From: a virus
Length of the DNA: 64,000 bases
Virus record (IMG/VR): IMGVR_UViG_3300045241_000217
Coordinates: 45,171-109,170 of that record
Strand: one strand, 5' to 3'
Shown: positions 45,201 through 54,381 of the stretch, in pieces
How positions within the stretch are numbered: the stretch's first letter is position 1
Layout of the letters: each line of letters starts with the position of its first letter
Translations under genes and position numbers: made by a program
The notes under the pieces: model-generated
What the model was told of the DNA's origin: nothing
Seen by the model: only the letters and a program-made list of their open reading frames with translations
Database searches by the model: none

Positions 45201-48200
45201 GTTGGGCCCGCTGCGCCCACGGGTCCGCTCGAGCCCTTCACGAGATCGCTGAGGAGGATCACCGGGATCGGTGAGGAGGCGAGCGCGCGCTCGAGCGCTG
45301 CCTGCATCGGCTTGCCCTTCTTCCGCTTCCCGGGCGCGACGGTGCCGGCCTGCCGCTGCTCGGGAGTGGCCTGCGGCGCAGGTGCCTGCGGTGGTCCGCC
45401 TTCGAGGTTGCCGCGCGCCACCTCTCGCGCGTGCCACAGGTCTCCATCGCGGCTCGCCTGCTGCTCGGTCGCGTCGCGCTTGGCCTTCGCGGTGTTGAGC
45501 TCGCGCTCGAAGTTCCCACGCTGCTGCACGTCCTGTTGCCTGCGCTGCGCCGCCTGGTCGAGCGCCGGCTCCTGCGCGTGCACGTCGGCGAGCGCCTGCT
45601 CGGTCTCGCTCTGCGGAGCTCCGGGGGAGGGTGCGGCGCCCGGTGCTTGGTCGGCCGCTCCGAGCTTCGCGAGCGCGGCCGCGTTCGCCTGCTTCACCGC
45701 TGCGGCCTTCGGATCGTGCCCGAATCGAGCGTTGAACGCGTCGGCGTTGCCGAGCCCGAGCGCGTCCACCTCGCCCTCGTTGTCCGCCTGCGGCGCTTGT
45801 CCGTTAGTGGCGGGCGGTGCTTGGAGATCGAGCGGGCCCGGAGCGTTGGGGTCGGTCGCCACGCTCGCGTCCTGCTGTCCCGGTGCGGTCGGCCCTGTGC
45901 TCGGTCCGGGTGCGGCGCCAGCCTGCATGGCCTGCGCGCGCTGCGCGGCTGCCGGGTCGGCCTGCCCACCGAGCGCTCCGCTGACCTGCCCGAGCGCGTC
46001 CTTCGCTCCCTGCACGGCCTGACCGTGCTCGGCGCCCGCCTCGGCCATCTTCCGCTTCTGCGTCTTCTCGTGCGCCTCGAGCAGCCCACCCATCTCTTCG
46101 CCGAGGATCGATTGCGGCGCAGCCGCCTGGTTGAACGCGCGACCGAAGGCCTTGAGACCCTCGTGGATCTTGTGATCGCCCGCGGGGCTCTGCTGTCCGG
46201 CCTGGCGGAGCTTCATCCCCGTGACGACCACGTTGAGCGCGGCTTCGAGTTGCGCCGCGAGCTCGGGGCTCTGCGCGCGGACGGCGTCCACGATCTTCTT
46301 GCCCGCTGCGCCGATGGCGTCGGCGTCGGGCAGCTCCTTGCCGCCCCCGCCTGCCTTCGGAGGCTGCCCGCCGGGGCCGGGCGGGTTCGCGGCGGGCGGC
46401 GGCTCCGCGCCGGGTGGCGTGATCGTGGGCGGGCCTGCCTGCGCGGGGGGCGGCGTCTGGCCAGGCTGCGCAACGGGCTTCGCGTCGGGGCCGTTGCCGT
46501 GCGCGTTCGTGCTCCCGTCGGCGTAGGTGTAGATGAACCCGCCCTTGCCGTCGGGCTTGCGGGTCTTCCACAGGTGCCCGGGCTTCTCGGCGCCCTTCTG
46601 GCCGAAGGCCTTCGCGAACTCGGTCCTGCCCGGCTCATGTCGCGCGACGCCGCTGCGACGGTCGGCCGCTCGCTTCTCGTGCTGCTCTTGCTTCTTGTCG
46701 TGCATCACCGCTGCGTGACGGAGGCCCACGTAGTGCTGGTGGTTCGCCGCGTTCTCGTGAGCCCGTGCAGCAGCGTCGTGGTCCTCGGGGGAGTCCGAGG
46801 CGAACGCGCGCGACGTCGCTTCGTACGCTGCGTCGCCAGCCTTGCGGGCTGCGCGGTGCTCCTTCGGGCTGCGCCACGGCTGCGTGTGGGCAGCGTCGGC
46901 GTACTTGCCGCCGTTGGGCCCGATGAACGGACCGGGCGCGGCCGCCTTGGTGAGCGAGAGCGGGATGACGAACGACATGGGCATGGCCTTCTCGATTCCT
47001 TCGCGCACCGCTGCGTCTCGCACCGCGGTCAGCTTTCGCACCTGAGACTCCAGTCGCGCGGCATCGTGCTTCAACCGAAGTTCGGCCGACGCTTCCGCTC
47101 GACCGTACCCGTGCTCCGCGAGCATCGCCTGCTTCCACTGGAAGGTGACGTCGCGCACCGCTTCTGGACGTCGTGACCCGCTGATCTCGCTGTCTGCCTG
47201 TTGCCACGCGCGACCCGGACCCATCGCGAGCCACTTCTGACCTCGCGCGATGTTCGCTCGCGCCCACAGTTCGTCGGGAGCAGTGATCTCCGTGATGGGC
47301 GGTGGCGTGAGTACGTCCACGATCTCGTACGCCCGCTCGCGCTTCGCTTCGAGCGCTGCCTGCTCTTGCCGCGTCGTCGCCAGTTCGTGCGTGGCCTTGC
47401 CGAGCGCCTTGGCTGCGCGCTCGAGCGTGCCGATGCGGCTCGCGGCCTCGGGGTCCTGCTTCTTCGCGCACCCGGTGCCCATGACGTGGTGAGAGCCGTC
47501 GGTGAGCTCGACGGTCGCGTGCACCTCGTGCTCCTTGCCGCACCGCTTGCAGACGCTCGACACGCCGCTGCCTGGGATCGGTCGGCTGTACTCCCGACCC
47601 ATCGTGCCCTCGACCAGTTCACGCTCACGTGTGTCCTTGATCTCGACGATGCGCCGGATCTTTAGGTGCGCGTTCTCTGCGCTCCACGCGCGCGTGTGCT
47701 GGGCATCCGCCCACTTCCCACCCTTCGGTCCGATGAAGGGTCCACCCGACTTGAGCAGCCCAGCGGGGATCACGAACGTCATCGAGCGCAGGAGCGATTG
47801 CTGCTCACCCGGCTTCCGGTACGAGAGCAGCGAGAGCTGACTCGCTCGCGGCTTCTGCTCGCCGCCAGATCCACCGGCACCCTTCGGCTGGTGCGAGTCG
47901 GGGACGGGCAGGCCCATCGCGCGCACCTTGCCCACGTCGAGCGCATGCTTGCCGTTCGCGTTGCACGTGCGGCAGACACCGCTCGTCACGTGCTCCTCGC
48001 CGCCGAACATGTGCGCCTGTCGGCGGATGATGTGCCCCAGGCCCTTGCACGACGGGCAGTTCGCGGGCGTGATCTTCCCGTGCTTGGCCGGGTCGTAGGC
48101 CACGGTGTGCTGCGCGTCCGCCCAGAGCCCTCCCTTGGGGCCGATGAACGGACCGGCGCCCATGCGGCCGACCATCTGCTCGACGAGATCATCGAGGCGC

Positions 48201-48580
48201 TGGCCGGTGTAGCCCTGGCGGGTGAGCGAGGAGCGCAGCGAGCGGCGACGGTTGGTCTCTTCGGCGCTCATTCGTCCGACGGCATCATCAGCGGCTTGCC
48301 CGCCCCACCCCTTCGCCTCAAGCGCATTGCTTGCGCGTCGCTTCTCGTCCGCGCTCATCCGCGCGTGCATGGGGACGTCGAGCATCCGGTTGAGCTCGAT
48401 GTAGTAGTTCGGGCGCTCGGCGAGGTGCCCGGCATCCATGCGCTGGCGCTCCGCATCGCTCATCTTGCCCACGTGCTCGGGGAGGCGAGCGCCCTTCGGT
48501 GTCGCGGCCGCGAACTCGCGCGCGACTTCCGGTTCCTTCGCGAACAAGTACCTGCGCTGAGCTTCGGAGCGGAAGGGCAT
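42248..48580 (-). CDS. Giant polyvalent protein (~2110 aa) with C-terminal DdrB-like ParB domain
   Basis: Starts MPFRSEAQRRYLFA; ParB-like RY.LME..EI..SHD...YP...Q.R.Y, GPPVV...V...GN.R.M; repeated GPFIGP.GG modules. Confidence 0.8.
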   Translation of the reverse strand: MPFRSEAQRRYLFAKEPEVAREFAAATPKGARLPEHVGKMSDAERQRMDAGHLAERPNYYIELNRMLDVPMHARMSADEKRRASNALEAKGWGGQAADDAVGRMSAEETNRRRSLRSSLTRQGYTGQRLDDLVEQMVGRMGAGPFIGPKGGLWADAQHTVAYDPAKHGKITPANCPSCKGLGHIIRRQAHMFGGEEHVTSGVCRTCNANGKHALDVGKVRAMGLPVPDSHQPKGAGGSGGEQKPRASQLSLLSYRKPGEQQSLLRSMTFVIPAGLLKSGGPFIGPKGGKWADAQHTRAWSAENAHLKIRRIVEIKDTRERELVEGTMGREYSRPIPGSGVSSVCKRCGKEHEVHATVELTDGSHHVMGTGCAKKQDPEAASRIGTLERAAKALGKATHELATTRQEQAALEAKRERAYEIVDVLTPPPITEITAPDELWARANIARGQKWLAMGPGRAWQQADSEISGSRRPEAVRDVTFQWKQAMLAEHGYGRAEASAELRLKHDAARLESQVRKLTAVRDAAVREGIEKAMPMSFVIPLSLTKAAAPGPFIGPNGGKYADAAHTQPWRSPKEHRAARKAGDAAYEATSRAFASDSPEDHDAAARAHENAANHQHYVGLRHAAVMHDKKQEQHEKRAADRRSGVARHEPGRTEFAKAFGQKGAEKPGHLWKTRKPDGKGGFIYTYADGSTNAHGNGPDAKPVAQPGQTPPPAQAGPPTITPPGAEPPPAANPPGPGGQPPKAGGGGKELPDADAIGAAGKKIVDAVRAQSPELAAQLEAALNVVVTGMKLRQAGQQSPAGDHKIHEGLKAFGRAFNQAAAPQSILGEEMGGLLEAHEKTQKRKMAEAGAEHGQAVQGAKDALGQVSGALGGQADPAAAQRAQAMQAGAAPGPSTGPTAPGQQDASVATDPNAPGPLDLQAPPATNGQAPQADNEGEVDALGLGNADAFNARFGHDPKAAAVKQANAAALAKLGAADQAPGAAPSPGAPQSETEQALADVHAQEPALDQAAQRRQQDVQQRGNFERELNTAKAKRDATEQQASRDGDLWHAREVARGNLEGGPPQAPAPQATPEQRQAGTVAPGKRKKGKPMQAALERALASSPIPVILLSDLVKGSSGPVGAAGPTGGAAPVTSTPPMPDYQSIFRQPPDDENRQREAEALANRRKADADRASGNFGFLGGTVAIPLDPTLYYVPTLRPSIMGEEATPGDREPMLTADQVLDRYKAGSEAATHGGSKDGSPVNAQTDAGRVPRSADRDNDLLAPQTLRPRPRLLDDRAQVEVDGATDRTQRERGIPARPVEMDDQELGDGADGEDDDEVGTPDDGSDDEEEDDEEEEEPTRFAFKDPSVSKSLFYIPLDEDSLQKSMEALYKAAGGHKYIRRVPTGNPKRPWRYFYRESSIARDATSGEEVKLDHERTVHVLDVGSDGVIHMEINGERKSVKPDEWASMLAGTYGEKFHAWAEKRAEQSVNAVLKHVPIEMLHDLPGDTDEERFEALQKRVPAVYAKLQKAFNRAGVNPWRAKEILAHALERRGWEPEARAAVVGSVLTKRTDQRSFHEIVAAAENVAGGQHVTAAHVGTVVEMRRSGSAEDDFSARVATIARNAERELAALSALLAKARGGGNESFSAEALATALSSTAIQQLNMLTTAFPGLRDRVAEQARDAMVEVASVIPSPEPKRIGGETHVYVAGDNGQPKAVRARYRLMEAGEIIASHDPLKSFRKREDYPENIQERAYHRDQAEQGKVVRNAQALNPAFVANTNPDAVNGPPVVMSHGDGVIALGGNSRTMSMQVAYEKHEEKGRALATYLAEHAHEFGFRPEDVGALERPVLVREIDPEDRSADAQRLLVRQLNESFTQAMDPRTMQVALGRKLDDQTLGSLGNDMQGDETLANFLGSPRSERFVNALMRNGIIDQRNSSQYLKKGTKLLNEDGRVLVERILVGRLVGDADILSNTGPKLVGNIASSVPYMVQAKAYGAGYDVGSDLAVALSAYNSLQNRVESGAIGAMDPKMPDAQFKRLFNYFDDLFGDRHPVAGNESATALLELLIRKPGPQQQAAVWRDYVKRAGQNPEGQSSMFGESKSPGDVLRATITAALKGGEDTQQRSMFG

Positions 48581-48612
48581 CGCCCGAGTGTGCCCCACGC
48601 TGGGCGAACGCG

Positions 48613-48915
48613 TCAGCCCTCCCTCTCGCCGCCACCGTCGCCGGTCAGCGTGGGAGGCCCCTGCGGACCGCTCGTCATGCTCTGCATCGCGTCGAGGGCT
48701 GCTTGCGCGTGGTCGCGTGCGCTGACCGCGTGCTGCGCGGCGAGCCCGATCGCGGGGAGCGTGCTCGACGAGATCTTCGCTGCTCGTCGGTACTCCCTCG
48801 CGTGCTCTCTCCACGCGGCGCGAGCTGCTCTCCACTCGTCGTGCGTGAGCGGTGGTAGCTCATGCTCGGCGAAGAACAGATCAAGCACGGTGGTCGCTGG
48901 TGTCGCGTGGCTCAC
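48613..48915 (-). CDS. Hypothetical protein
   Basis: GTGA coupling. Confidence 0.45.
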   Translation of the reverse strand: MSHATPATTVLDLFFAEHELPPLTHDEWRAARAAWREHAREYRRAAKISSSTLPAIGLAAQHAVSARDHAQAALDAMQSMTSGPQGPPTLTGDGGGEREG

Positions 48916-49091
48916 GCGTTCACCACCTGCCACCACTGGCAGATCGCGGACGGCGGTCGGTCTTTCGGCGGTGGCTGCTTGCACCGCACGCACTGCCCCT
49001 TGAGCACGCGACCCAAGCACTCGATCGAGACGCAGGTGCGACCGACGTGGAAGCGAGGCGCTGGCGGGAGCGCGTGGGGTTGGTGGCTCAC
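48912..49091 (-). CDS. Small Cys-rich protein
   Basis: GAGG RBS, GTGA coupling, CxxC pairs. Confidence 0.4.
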   Translation of the reverse strand: MSHQPHALPPAPRFHVGRTCVSIECLGRVLKGQCVRCKQPPPKDRPPSAICQWWQVVNA

Positions 49092-52000
49092 GCGGGTACC
49101 TCGATCTCGAGTCGGTCTACCAGGTGGCGAAACTGAGGGGCGATGAGCGGGATGCCCATCATGCGGAGAGCCTTGTGGAGCATGGTGGAGGTGCGGAACG
49201 CATCGAAGATCGCATCGAAGTGCGGGGCGAGCGCGTCCACTTCGCTGTCCGTCGGCCAGAGGTGGAGCGCCGAGTGCGGGGCGTCGTCGGGTGCCCGTTT
49301 CCGCACCGCGACGAGGTACGTGTTCTCTCGCCCACGCTTCTCGAGCGTGCGTTGCACGTAGCGCTCGAAACAACGTGCGAACACCTCGTGGCCGCTGTGC
49401 CAGTAGGTGGCTTCCTTGTGATCCATCAGCCCGTGCTTCTGGAGCAGGTCGGTGGTCGAGCGTAGCCGCGTGCGGAACGCGTCCATCTCGCTCGACCCAC
49501 GCAGCGCCGCGAACGACTTGGTGACCGGATCGTCCTTCGGGTAGCTCGTGCTCGCGAAGCCGTGCGTGCCGCCTCCCTGCGCGACCTTGGCCACCACGTT
49601 GTCGAAGAAGTGGCCCCACTCGTGCGCGAGGCTGCCGGCGCCCTTCGCGCGCGTGAGATTGATCGCCAACTGCCCCGGCTCGTAATGAGCGAGAGCGCCT
49701 CCGCGACCGCGCGCGCCGATCGCGACTGCGAGCCGACCGTTGAACGACGCCATCGAAGCGGGCAGCCCGAGCACGTCGGTGAGATCGGCGAACGAGTCCA
49801 CGAGGCTCTTGAGGTGATGTTCGCGCTCATCGTCCGTGACGCTCTTGCCCCACTGCACGCCGCGCATCGCGTACTTGCCGCCGCTGCTCTTGTCGAGCTC
49901 GTCGAGCGCCTGCTTGGTGGTGCGGAAGTCTGACGCCGGCCCGCGACGCACCATCTTGTCGGTGTCGTAGACGGTCGAGAGATCGATCTTCTTTCCGCCC
50001 TTGCCCTCACCCTTGGTTCCGAAGGCGACGTTCATGCTCTTGCCCTCCACCAAGAGCTTCGCGTGATCGCCCATGCGAGTGACGCCCGCCTCGAGTGAGC
50101 CGTACTTGTCGCGGATGCGCTTGGCGAAATCGTTCGCCTGGCCCATCGCGCTCGTCTTGCTGTTGCGGACCAGCGTGTTGTGCACATCGATCAGAGCCTT
50201 GGTCGCCGCGCTGCGGTTGCCCCACCGCGTCATCGACTCTTGGTACGCGCTCTTGATGAGTCCGACGAGTTGCTTGTGATCGACGCCGTCCTCCGCGCCA
50301 CGCTGGACGATGTCCTTCGCCTTGTTCCAAGCCCAGTAGTAGCCCTCGCGCTGCTTGCGCTCGTGCTCTTCCTTCGTCGGCTGCGGGCCCTTGGATGGTT
50401 CGTATTCAAAACCGTGCGCCCCGTAGTGACCCCCACCCGACGCGAAGCGGTCGCCGTCGTAGTGGCTGCCTGGCGGGAGGAACGGGATCTCCGGCTTCGG
50501 CGGGAACTTGTTGAGAGCGAGGTAGCCCATGACGGCCGCCAACGCGGTCGCGGCGCTCGGGTTCTTCTGGAGTGTCTCGACGAGGTGCAGCGGCTCCTGA
50601 CGTTGGAGGAAGTCGCGGGTGAACATCTCTGGGGCGTCTTTCGACGAGAGCGCTTCATGGAGGCTCTTCCACACCGCTGCCGCGTGACGAGCGCTGCCCA
50701 TCACATCCTCGCCGCGCTGCTCGACACGAGACGCTCTGTCGTTGATGTAGGCGCCATTCTCCTCGGCGGCCTTTGTCTCCTTCGCAGCCTGCTCGCGTGG
50801 TGTCTCCGGTGGCCCGTGTTTCGCGGCATGCGCGTCGGCATGCGCGATGTACGACCTGAGCCCGGCGATGAGCTTGCTCAGGTGCGGAGCGTCTCCGTGC
50901 TTGGCGACCATCGCCCGCATGCGCTCGACGTCGCCGCTCTCCACGGCATCGTGAATCTCGTCCATCGCCGCCACCTTCGCGGTCGCTTCGGCGAGTGTGG
51001 TTGGCGTGGGCTTCGGTCGAACGGTTCGTTGCTGATCCTCCGGGACCTTGTCGGCATCGGTCCATCCGCCAGGAGGCGCTACGCCGATCGCCCGCTCCTC
51101 GGGCAGCGGTATCACGGGGACGATGGCTCGCGCGGCCTCCGCCGTCGCATCGGCGTGACCTCGGCGCCACTCGTTCTGCACAGCACCGACCGGGCCGCCG
51201 TACGGGCCTCCATCGAACTTGTCGAGCAGCGCCTTGGCGTGCTGAAGAGACGCGTGCCCAGGAACGCCCTCCGCGACCGCGCGCTTGCCGAGCTCGTAGC
51301 CAGCGGCGAGGTGTTCGGGCGAGGCCTCTGTGTGCCCCCGGTCTGCCTCGACCTTCGCAATCCGCCGCTCGAGCATCTGGCGCCGCTCCGACACGAGGAA
51401 GTCTCGGTACGTGTCCTTCGGCGCTGCGTCGAGTTGCGTCTGTGCGTCGCGCATCGCAGCCACGTCTCGACCGCGTGAGACGATCTCCGCATGTTGCGCG
51501 ATGGCCTCGACCACCTTCGTTCGTGCGTCCTTCGCTTCGCGTACGAGCGCCTCTTCGTCCCGTGCACGCTGCTCTTCGATCTCACGCGCAGCCTTCACCG
51601 TCGGATCCTTCACCTCCTGCGCGTGCCGTGACTCAGCGGGGTAGAAGCGGAACGAGCTCACCACAGCCGACGGGTACTGATTGCCGAACTGCGGCCCCGA
51701 GTAGTCGGTGTACGTGGTCTCGAGCTTCTTCTGCCACACGAACGACGTGTCGCCGCTCTCGCGGATCGCGTCGCGCAGAGCTTTGCCCGCGGCGTGCGCC
51801 TCGCCCCACGCCTTCTTCGTCCCACGCCCCACCTCGAACGTGATGGTGTAGCCGCCGCTGCCGTCGTTCATCTCCTTGCGCGTCATCGTCACGCCCTCTG
51901 GAGCCTTCCAATTCGCGATGATGTCGGTGGCGCTCGCGCTCGGCGCCGTCGCTTCGATCACCGGCTCGGGTGGCGTCTGCGGCTCGGGCGCTGCGGGGGT

Positions 52001-53020
52001 CGCCTCCGGCATGGGGATCGTGAAGTCCATCGCCGTCTGCTCGGGCTGCGAGTGCTTCTCGGCCAGGTCCTCGAATCGAGCAGCTCGTTCCTCGTGGTAG
52101 TCGCGCGTCTTCTCGTCGCGGGCCTTCGCCGCCTTCTCGTGGTGCTTGTCGGCCTCGCGCGCGTAGTGCTCGGCGCTCGCTCCGCTGACACGCCGCTCCT
52201 CGATCTCGGGGCCGTGCAGGTGCGCGCCGGCGCCGTGGTCCTTCTCGTACTCCGCTCGCGTGTAGTAGTAGCGCCACGGACGATCGGCCTTCCCGGTCGG
52301 GACGCGGCGGTAGTACTTCCCTCCGCGCGCGACGCCCTTGCTGAGCACGTCGAACGGGATCACGAACATCATCTCGCTGCCGTCCATGCTCTTCTCCGTC
52401 GTGTCGAGGTGGTAGCGGATGCCGCCGCGCAGCGGACCCGTCGCAGCCACCTGAGCAGCCTCGCGCGTCCACAGCGCCTGAGCTCGGCGCATCACCTGGT
52501 CTCGGGTGTCTTGCGGAACGTGGCGCATCCCGGTCCGCATCGCGCCCAGCAAGCGCGAGCGCGTCTGGAACGATGTGCGCTGCGGGCCCAGCCGCTGTGG
52601 TGTGCCGCCGCTCCCGTACTCCGTGACCAAGCCGCGCACGCGCTGCTCGTCGGCCTGGTCGAGCCCGAGCCCGCGCGTCACGTCCTCCACGCTGATGACG
52701 TGGGGCGTGGGGCTGATACGCGGGTCCTCGGGTTGCGTGCGCGCGTAGCGCTCGAGATCCGCGGGGAGGGTGAGCGTCTCGCCCATGCCTGACGCGGCCA
52801 TCGTGCGGAGCTTGTTGATCGGCGTCGCGTTGCCGCCGCGCTCGGTGCTCCCGCTCGTCGATCCGTCAGCCGGCATCAGCGAGGCCTTCACGATCGGAGC
52901 CCCCTCGGGGTGGTAGCGGCCGCCCGACGAGACGTTGCTCGGGTTGGCTCCGCCGAACTGGCCTCGCGCTGGAGGGAGCGATGCGTTGGCGATCTCGGCG
53001 ACCGTGGGCTTGCGGCTCAT
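49088..53020 (-). CDS. Large polyvalent protein with C-terminal LPD1/zincin metallopeptidase domain
   Basis: RGVQWG..V, L.VAIGARGRGGA.AHYEP...INLT...GAGSLAHEWGHFFD, YW....EVFAR.FE.YV, N.YLV. Confidence 0.85.
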   Translation of the reverse strand: MSRKPTVAEIANASLPPARGQFGGANPSNVSSGGRYHPEGAPIVKASLMPADGSTSGSTERGGNATPINKLRTMAASGMGETLTLPADLERYARTQPEDPRISPTPHVISVEDVTRGLGLDQADEQRVRGLVTEYGSGGTPQRLGPQRTSFQTRSRLLGAMRTGMRHVPQDTRDQVMRRAQALWTREAAQVAATGPLRGGIRYHLDTTEKSMDGSEMMFVIPFDVLSKGVARGGKYYRRVPTGKADRPWRYYYTRAEYEKDHGAGAHLHGPEIEERRVSGASAEHYAREADKHHEKAAKARDEKTRDYHEERAARFEDLAEKHSQPEQTAMDFTIPMPEATPAAPEPQTPPEPVIEATAPSASATDIIANWKAPEGVTMTRKEMNDGSGGYTITFEVGRGTKKAWGEAHAAGKALRDAIRESGDTSFVWQKKLETTYTDYSGPQFGNQYPSAVVSSFRFYPAESRHAQEVKDPTVKAAREIEEQRARDEEALVREAKDARTKVVEAIAQHAEIVSRGRDVAAMRDAQTQLDAAPKDTYRDFLVSERRQMLERRIAKVEADRGHTEASPEHLAAGYELGKRAVAEGVPGHASLQHAKALLDKFDGGPYGGPVGAVQNEWRRGHADATAEAARAIVPVIPLPEERAIGVAPPGGWTDADKVPEDQQRTVRPKPTPTTLAEATAKVAAMDEIHDAVESGDVERMRAMVAKHGDAPHLSKLIAGLRSYIAHADAHAAKHGPPETPREQAAKETKAAEENGAYINDRASRVEQRGEDVMGSARHAAAVWKSLHEALSSKDAPEMFTRDFLQRQEPLHLVETLQKNPSAATALAAVMGYLALNKFPPKPEIPFLPPGSHYDGDRFASGGGHYGAHGFEYEPSKGPQPTKEEHERKQREGYYWAWNKAKDIVQRGAEDGVDHKQLVGLIKSAYQESMTRWGNRSAATKALIDVHNTLVRNSKTSAMGQANDFAKRIRDKYGSLEAGVTRMGDHAKLLVEGKSMNVAFGTKGEGKGGKKIDLSTVYDTDKMVRRGPASDFRTTKQALDELDKSSGGKYAMRGVQWGKSVTDDEREHHLKSLVDSFADLTDVLGLPASMASFNGRLAVAIGARGRGGALAHYEPGQLAINLTRAKGAGSLAHEWGHFFDNVVAKVAQGGGTHGFASTSYPKDDPVTKSFAALRGSSEMDAFRTRLRSTTDLLQKHGLMDHKEATYWHSGHEVFARCFERYVQRTLEKRGRENTYLVAVRKRAPDDAPHSALHLWPTDSEVDALAPHFDAIFDAFRTSTMLHKALRMMGIPLIAPQFRHLVDRLEIEVPA

Positions 53021-53136
53021 GCGCACGAAGGTACGCGAAAGCAGAGGGGCGCCCAAGCCGAAGCCTGGACGCCCCTCTCTCACCGCTGCGCAGTGCGCTA
53101 GCGCCTATGCTCCGGGGCGTTGGCCCCGCGGTGTCA

Positions 53137-53559
53137 TCAGATCGAGCCGTTGCTCACGCGGAAGCCGTAGCAGACCACGTAGACGGCCTCGCCGTCGGGC
53201 GCGAGCTGCGTCGGGATGCCGATCGTCCAGTTGTTCGCGGCCACGCGCGTCAGCGTCGGCGGGTTCGCGTTCGCCGCCGTCGCGAGGATGATGCTGATGT
53301 GCTGCGCCGTGACGCCGTCGCCGAAGTAGCTCTTGTTGTAGCGCGGCGTGGCTCCCAGCGCGTTCACGACCTCGACGATCGCGGGCTGGAACGGGCAGAG
53401 GAGCGCGGAGCCGCCCGCGCCGCCCGCGCCGGTGACGCGCTGCATGAAGCACTCCATCATGCGCTGGCAGAGACCACCGGAGATCTCCTGCTGGTCGGGG
53501 TAGGGGACCTCCTGGACGGGGGTCTTGATGCGGGCGTCGATCGCTTGCTCTCGGCTCAT
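53137..53559 (-). CDS. Hypothetical (possibly virion) protein
   Basis: AGGAG RBS; good codon usage. Confidence 0.6.
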   Translation of the reverse strand: MSREQAIDARIKTPVQEVPYPDQQEISGGLCQRMMECFMQRVTGAGGAGGSALLCPFQPAIVEVVNALGATPRYNKSYFGDGVTAQHISIILATAANANPPTLTRVAANNWTIGIPTQLAPDGEAVYVVCYGFRVSNGSI

Positions 53560-53642
53560 GCTGGGCTCCTGGTTGGCCGGGCACGATGCCCGATGGACCC
53601 ACGGAGCGTGCATGCGTCCACCGACGAGCGCAAGCGGGACGG

Positions 53643-53680
53643 AACGACGAAGGGCGCGACCCCCTAGGAGATCGCGCCCC
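53643..53680 (-). terminator. Intrinsic terminator
   Basis: Minus strand GGGCGCGATCTCC-TA-GGGGGTCGCGCCC followed by TTCGTCGTT. Confidence 0.55.
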
Positions 53681-53725
53681 AGCCTCGCCTACTCGGTCTC
53701 GAACCGAGCGCGGTGCCGATGTTCG

Positions 53726-54046
53726 TCAGTGGTCCGGTCTAGGGCTTCTCGTGCCCTGACGCCGGTAGGTGTCGCGCTGCGCAGCCGGCTCGAGCACGGC
53801 GAGGGACAGCATGGATTGCCGATCCTCCGACGTGACGCGAGCGAGCGGGGCGAGCACGTAGCCGTCGCAGGGCAGGTAGACCCCGTGATCGACGCTGGGC
53901 GGTGTGCTCGGATTGGGCGCGACCCAGCACGAGGTGTCGGTGGCCAGCGAGCCTCCGTCGTGCCGCTCGAACGCGGTGGCAGCGAGCAACGAGAAGCACA
54001 GCAAGCCGACGATCAGGAACAGGGGCGGTCCGAGGATTCTTCGCAT
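53726..54046 (-). CDS. Small secreted/membrane protein
   Basis: AAGGAG RBS; signal-peptide-like N-terminus. Confidence 0.5.
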   Translation of the reverse strand: MRRILGPPLFLIVGLLCFSLLAATAFERHDGGSLATDTSCWVAPNPSTPPSVDHGVYLPCDGYVLAPLARVTSEDRQSMLSLAVLEPAAQRDTYRRQGTRSPRPDH

Positions 54047-54381
54047 GTCGGGATCTCCTTCGAGAGACCAGACGGTAGCCCGGCGATGCGTCGTGGAGCA
54101 AGCGCACCACGCAGGTGAAGCCGTAGGTGCTCGGTGCAGAGGCGGGCTCCGAGAGCAGGAACGATCAACCTCGTCGCACGCGTGCCGCAGACCACGCACT
54201 CCTCTGGTGCGGCTGGGGGCCGCTTGGCTTTGGCGTGGGCCTTCACGCGCGCGGGTCTCACGCGTTCGGTACCGCGGTGTTCGAGCAGCGCAACGGCGAT
54301 CAGGCAGCGTTCGCTGGCCCTACGCCGCTCGGCTTCCACCGCGCGCAGCAGCGCGGCTCGCGAGCGCGGGTCGTAACTCAC
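54013..54381 (-). CDS. Hypothetical protein
   Basis: GTGA coupling to terL; CVVC...LC..H zinc motif. Confidence 0.5.
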   Translation of the reverse strand: MSYDPRSRAALLRAVEAERRRASERCLIAVALLEHRGTERVRPARVKAHAKAKRPPAAPEECVVCGTRATRLIVPALGARLCTEHLRLHLRGALAPRRIAGLPSGLSKEIPTCEESSDRPCS

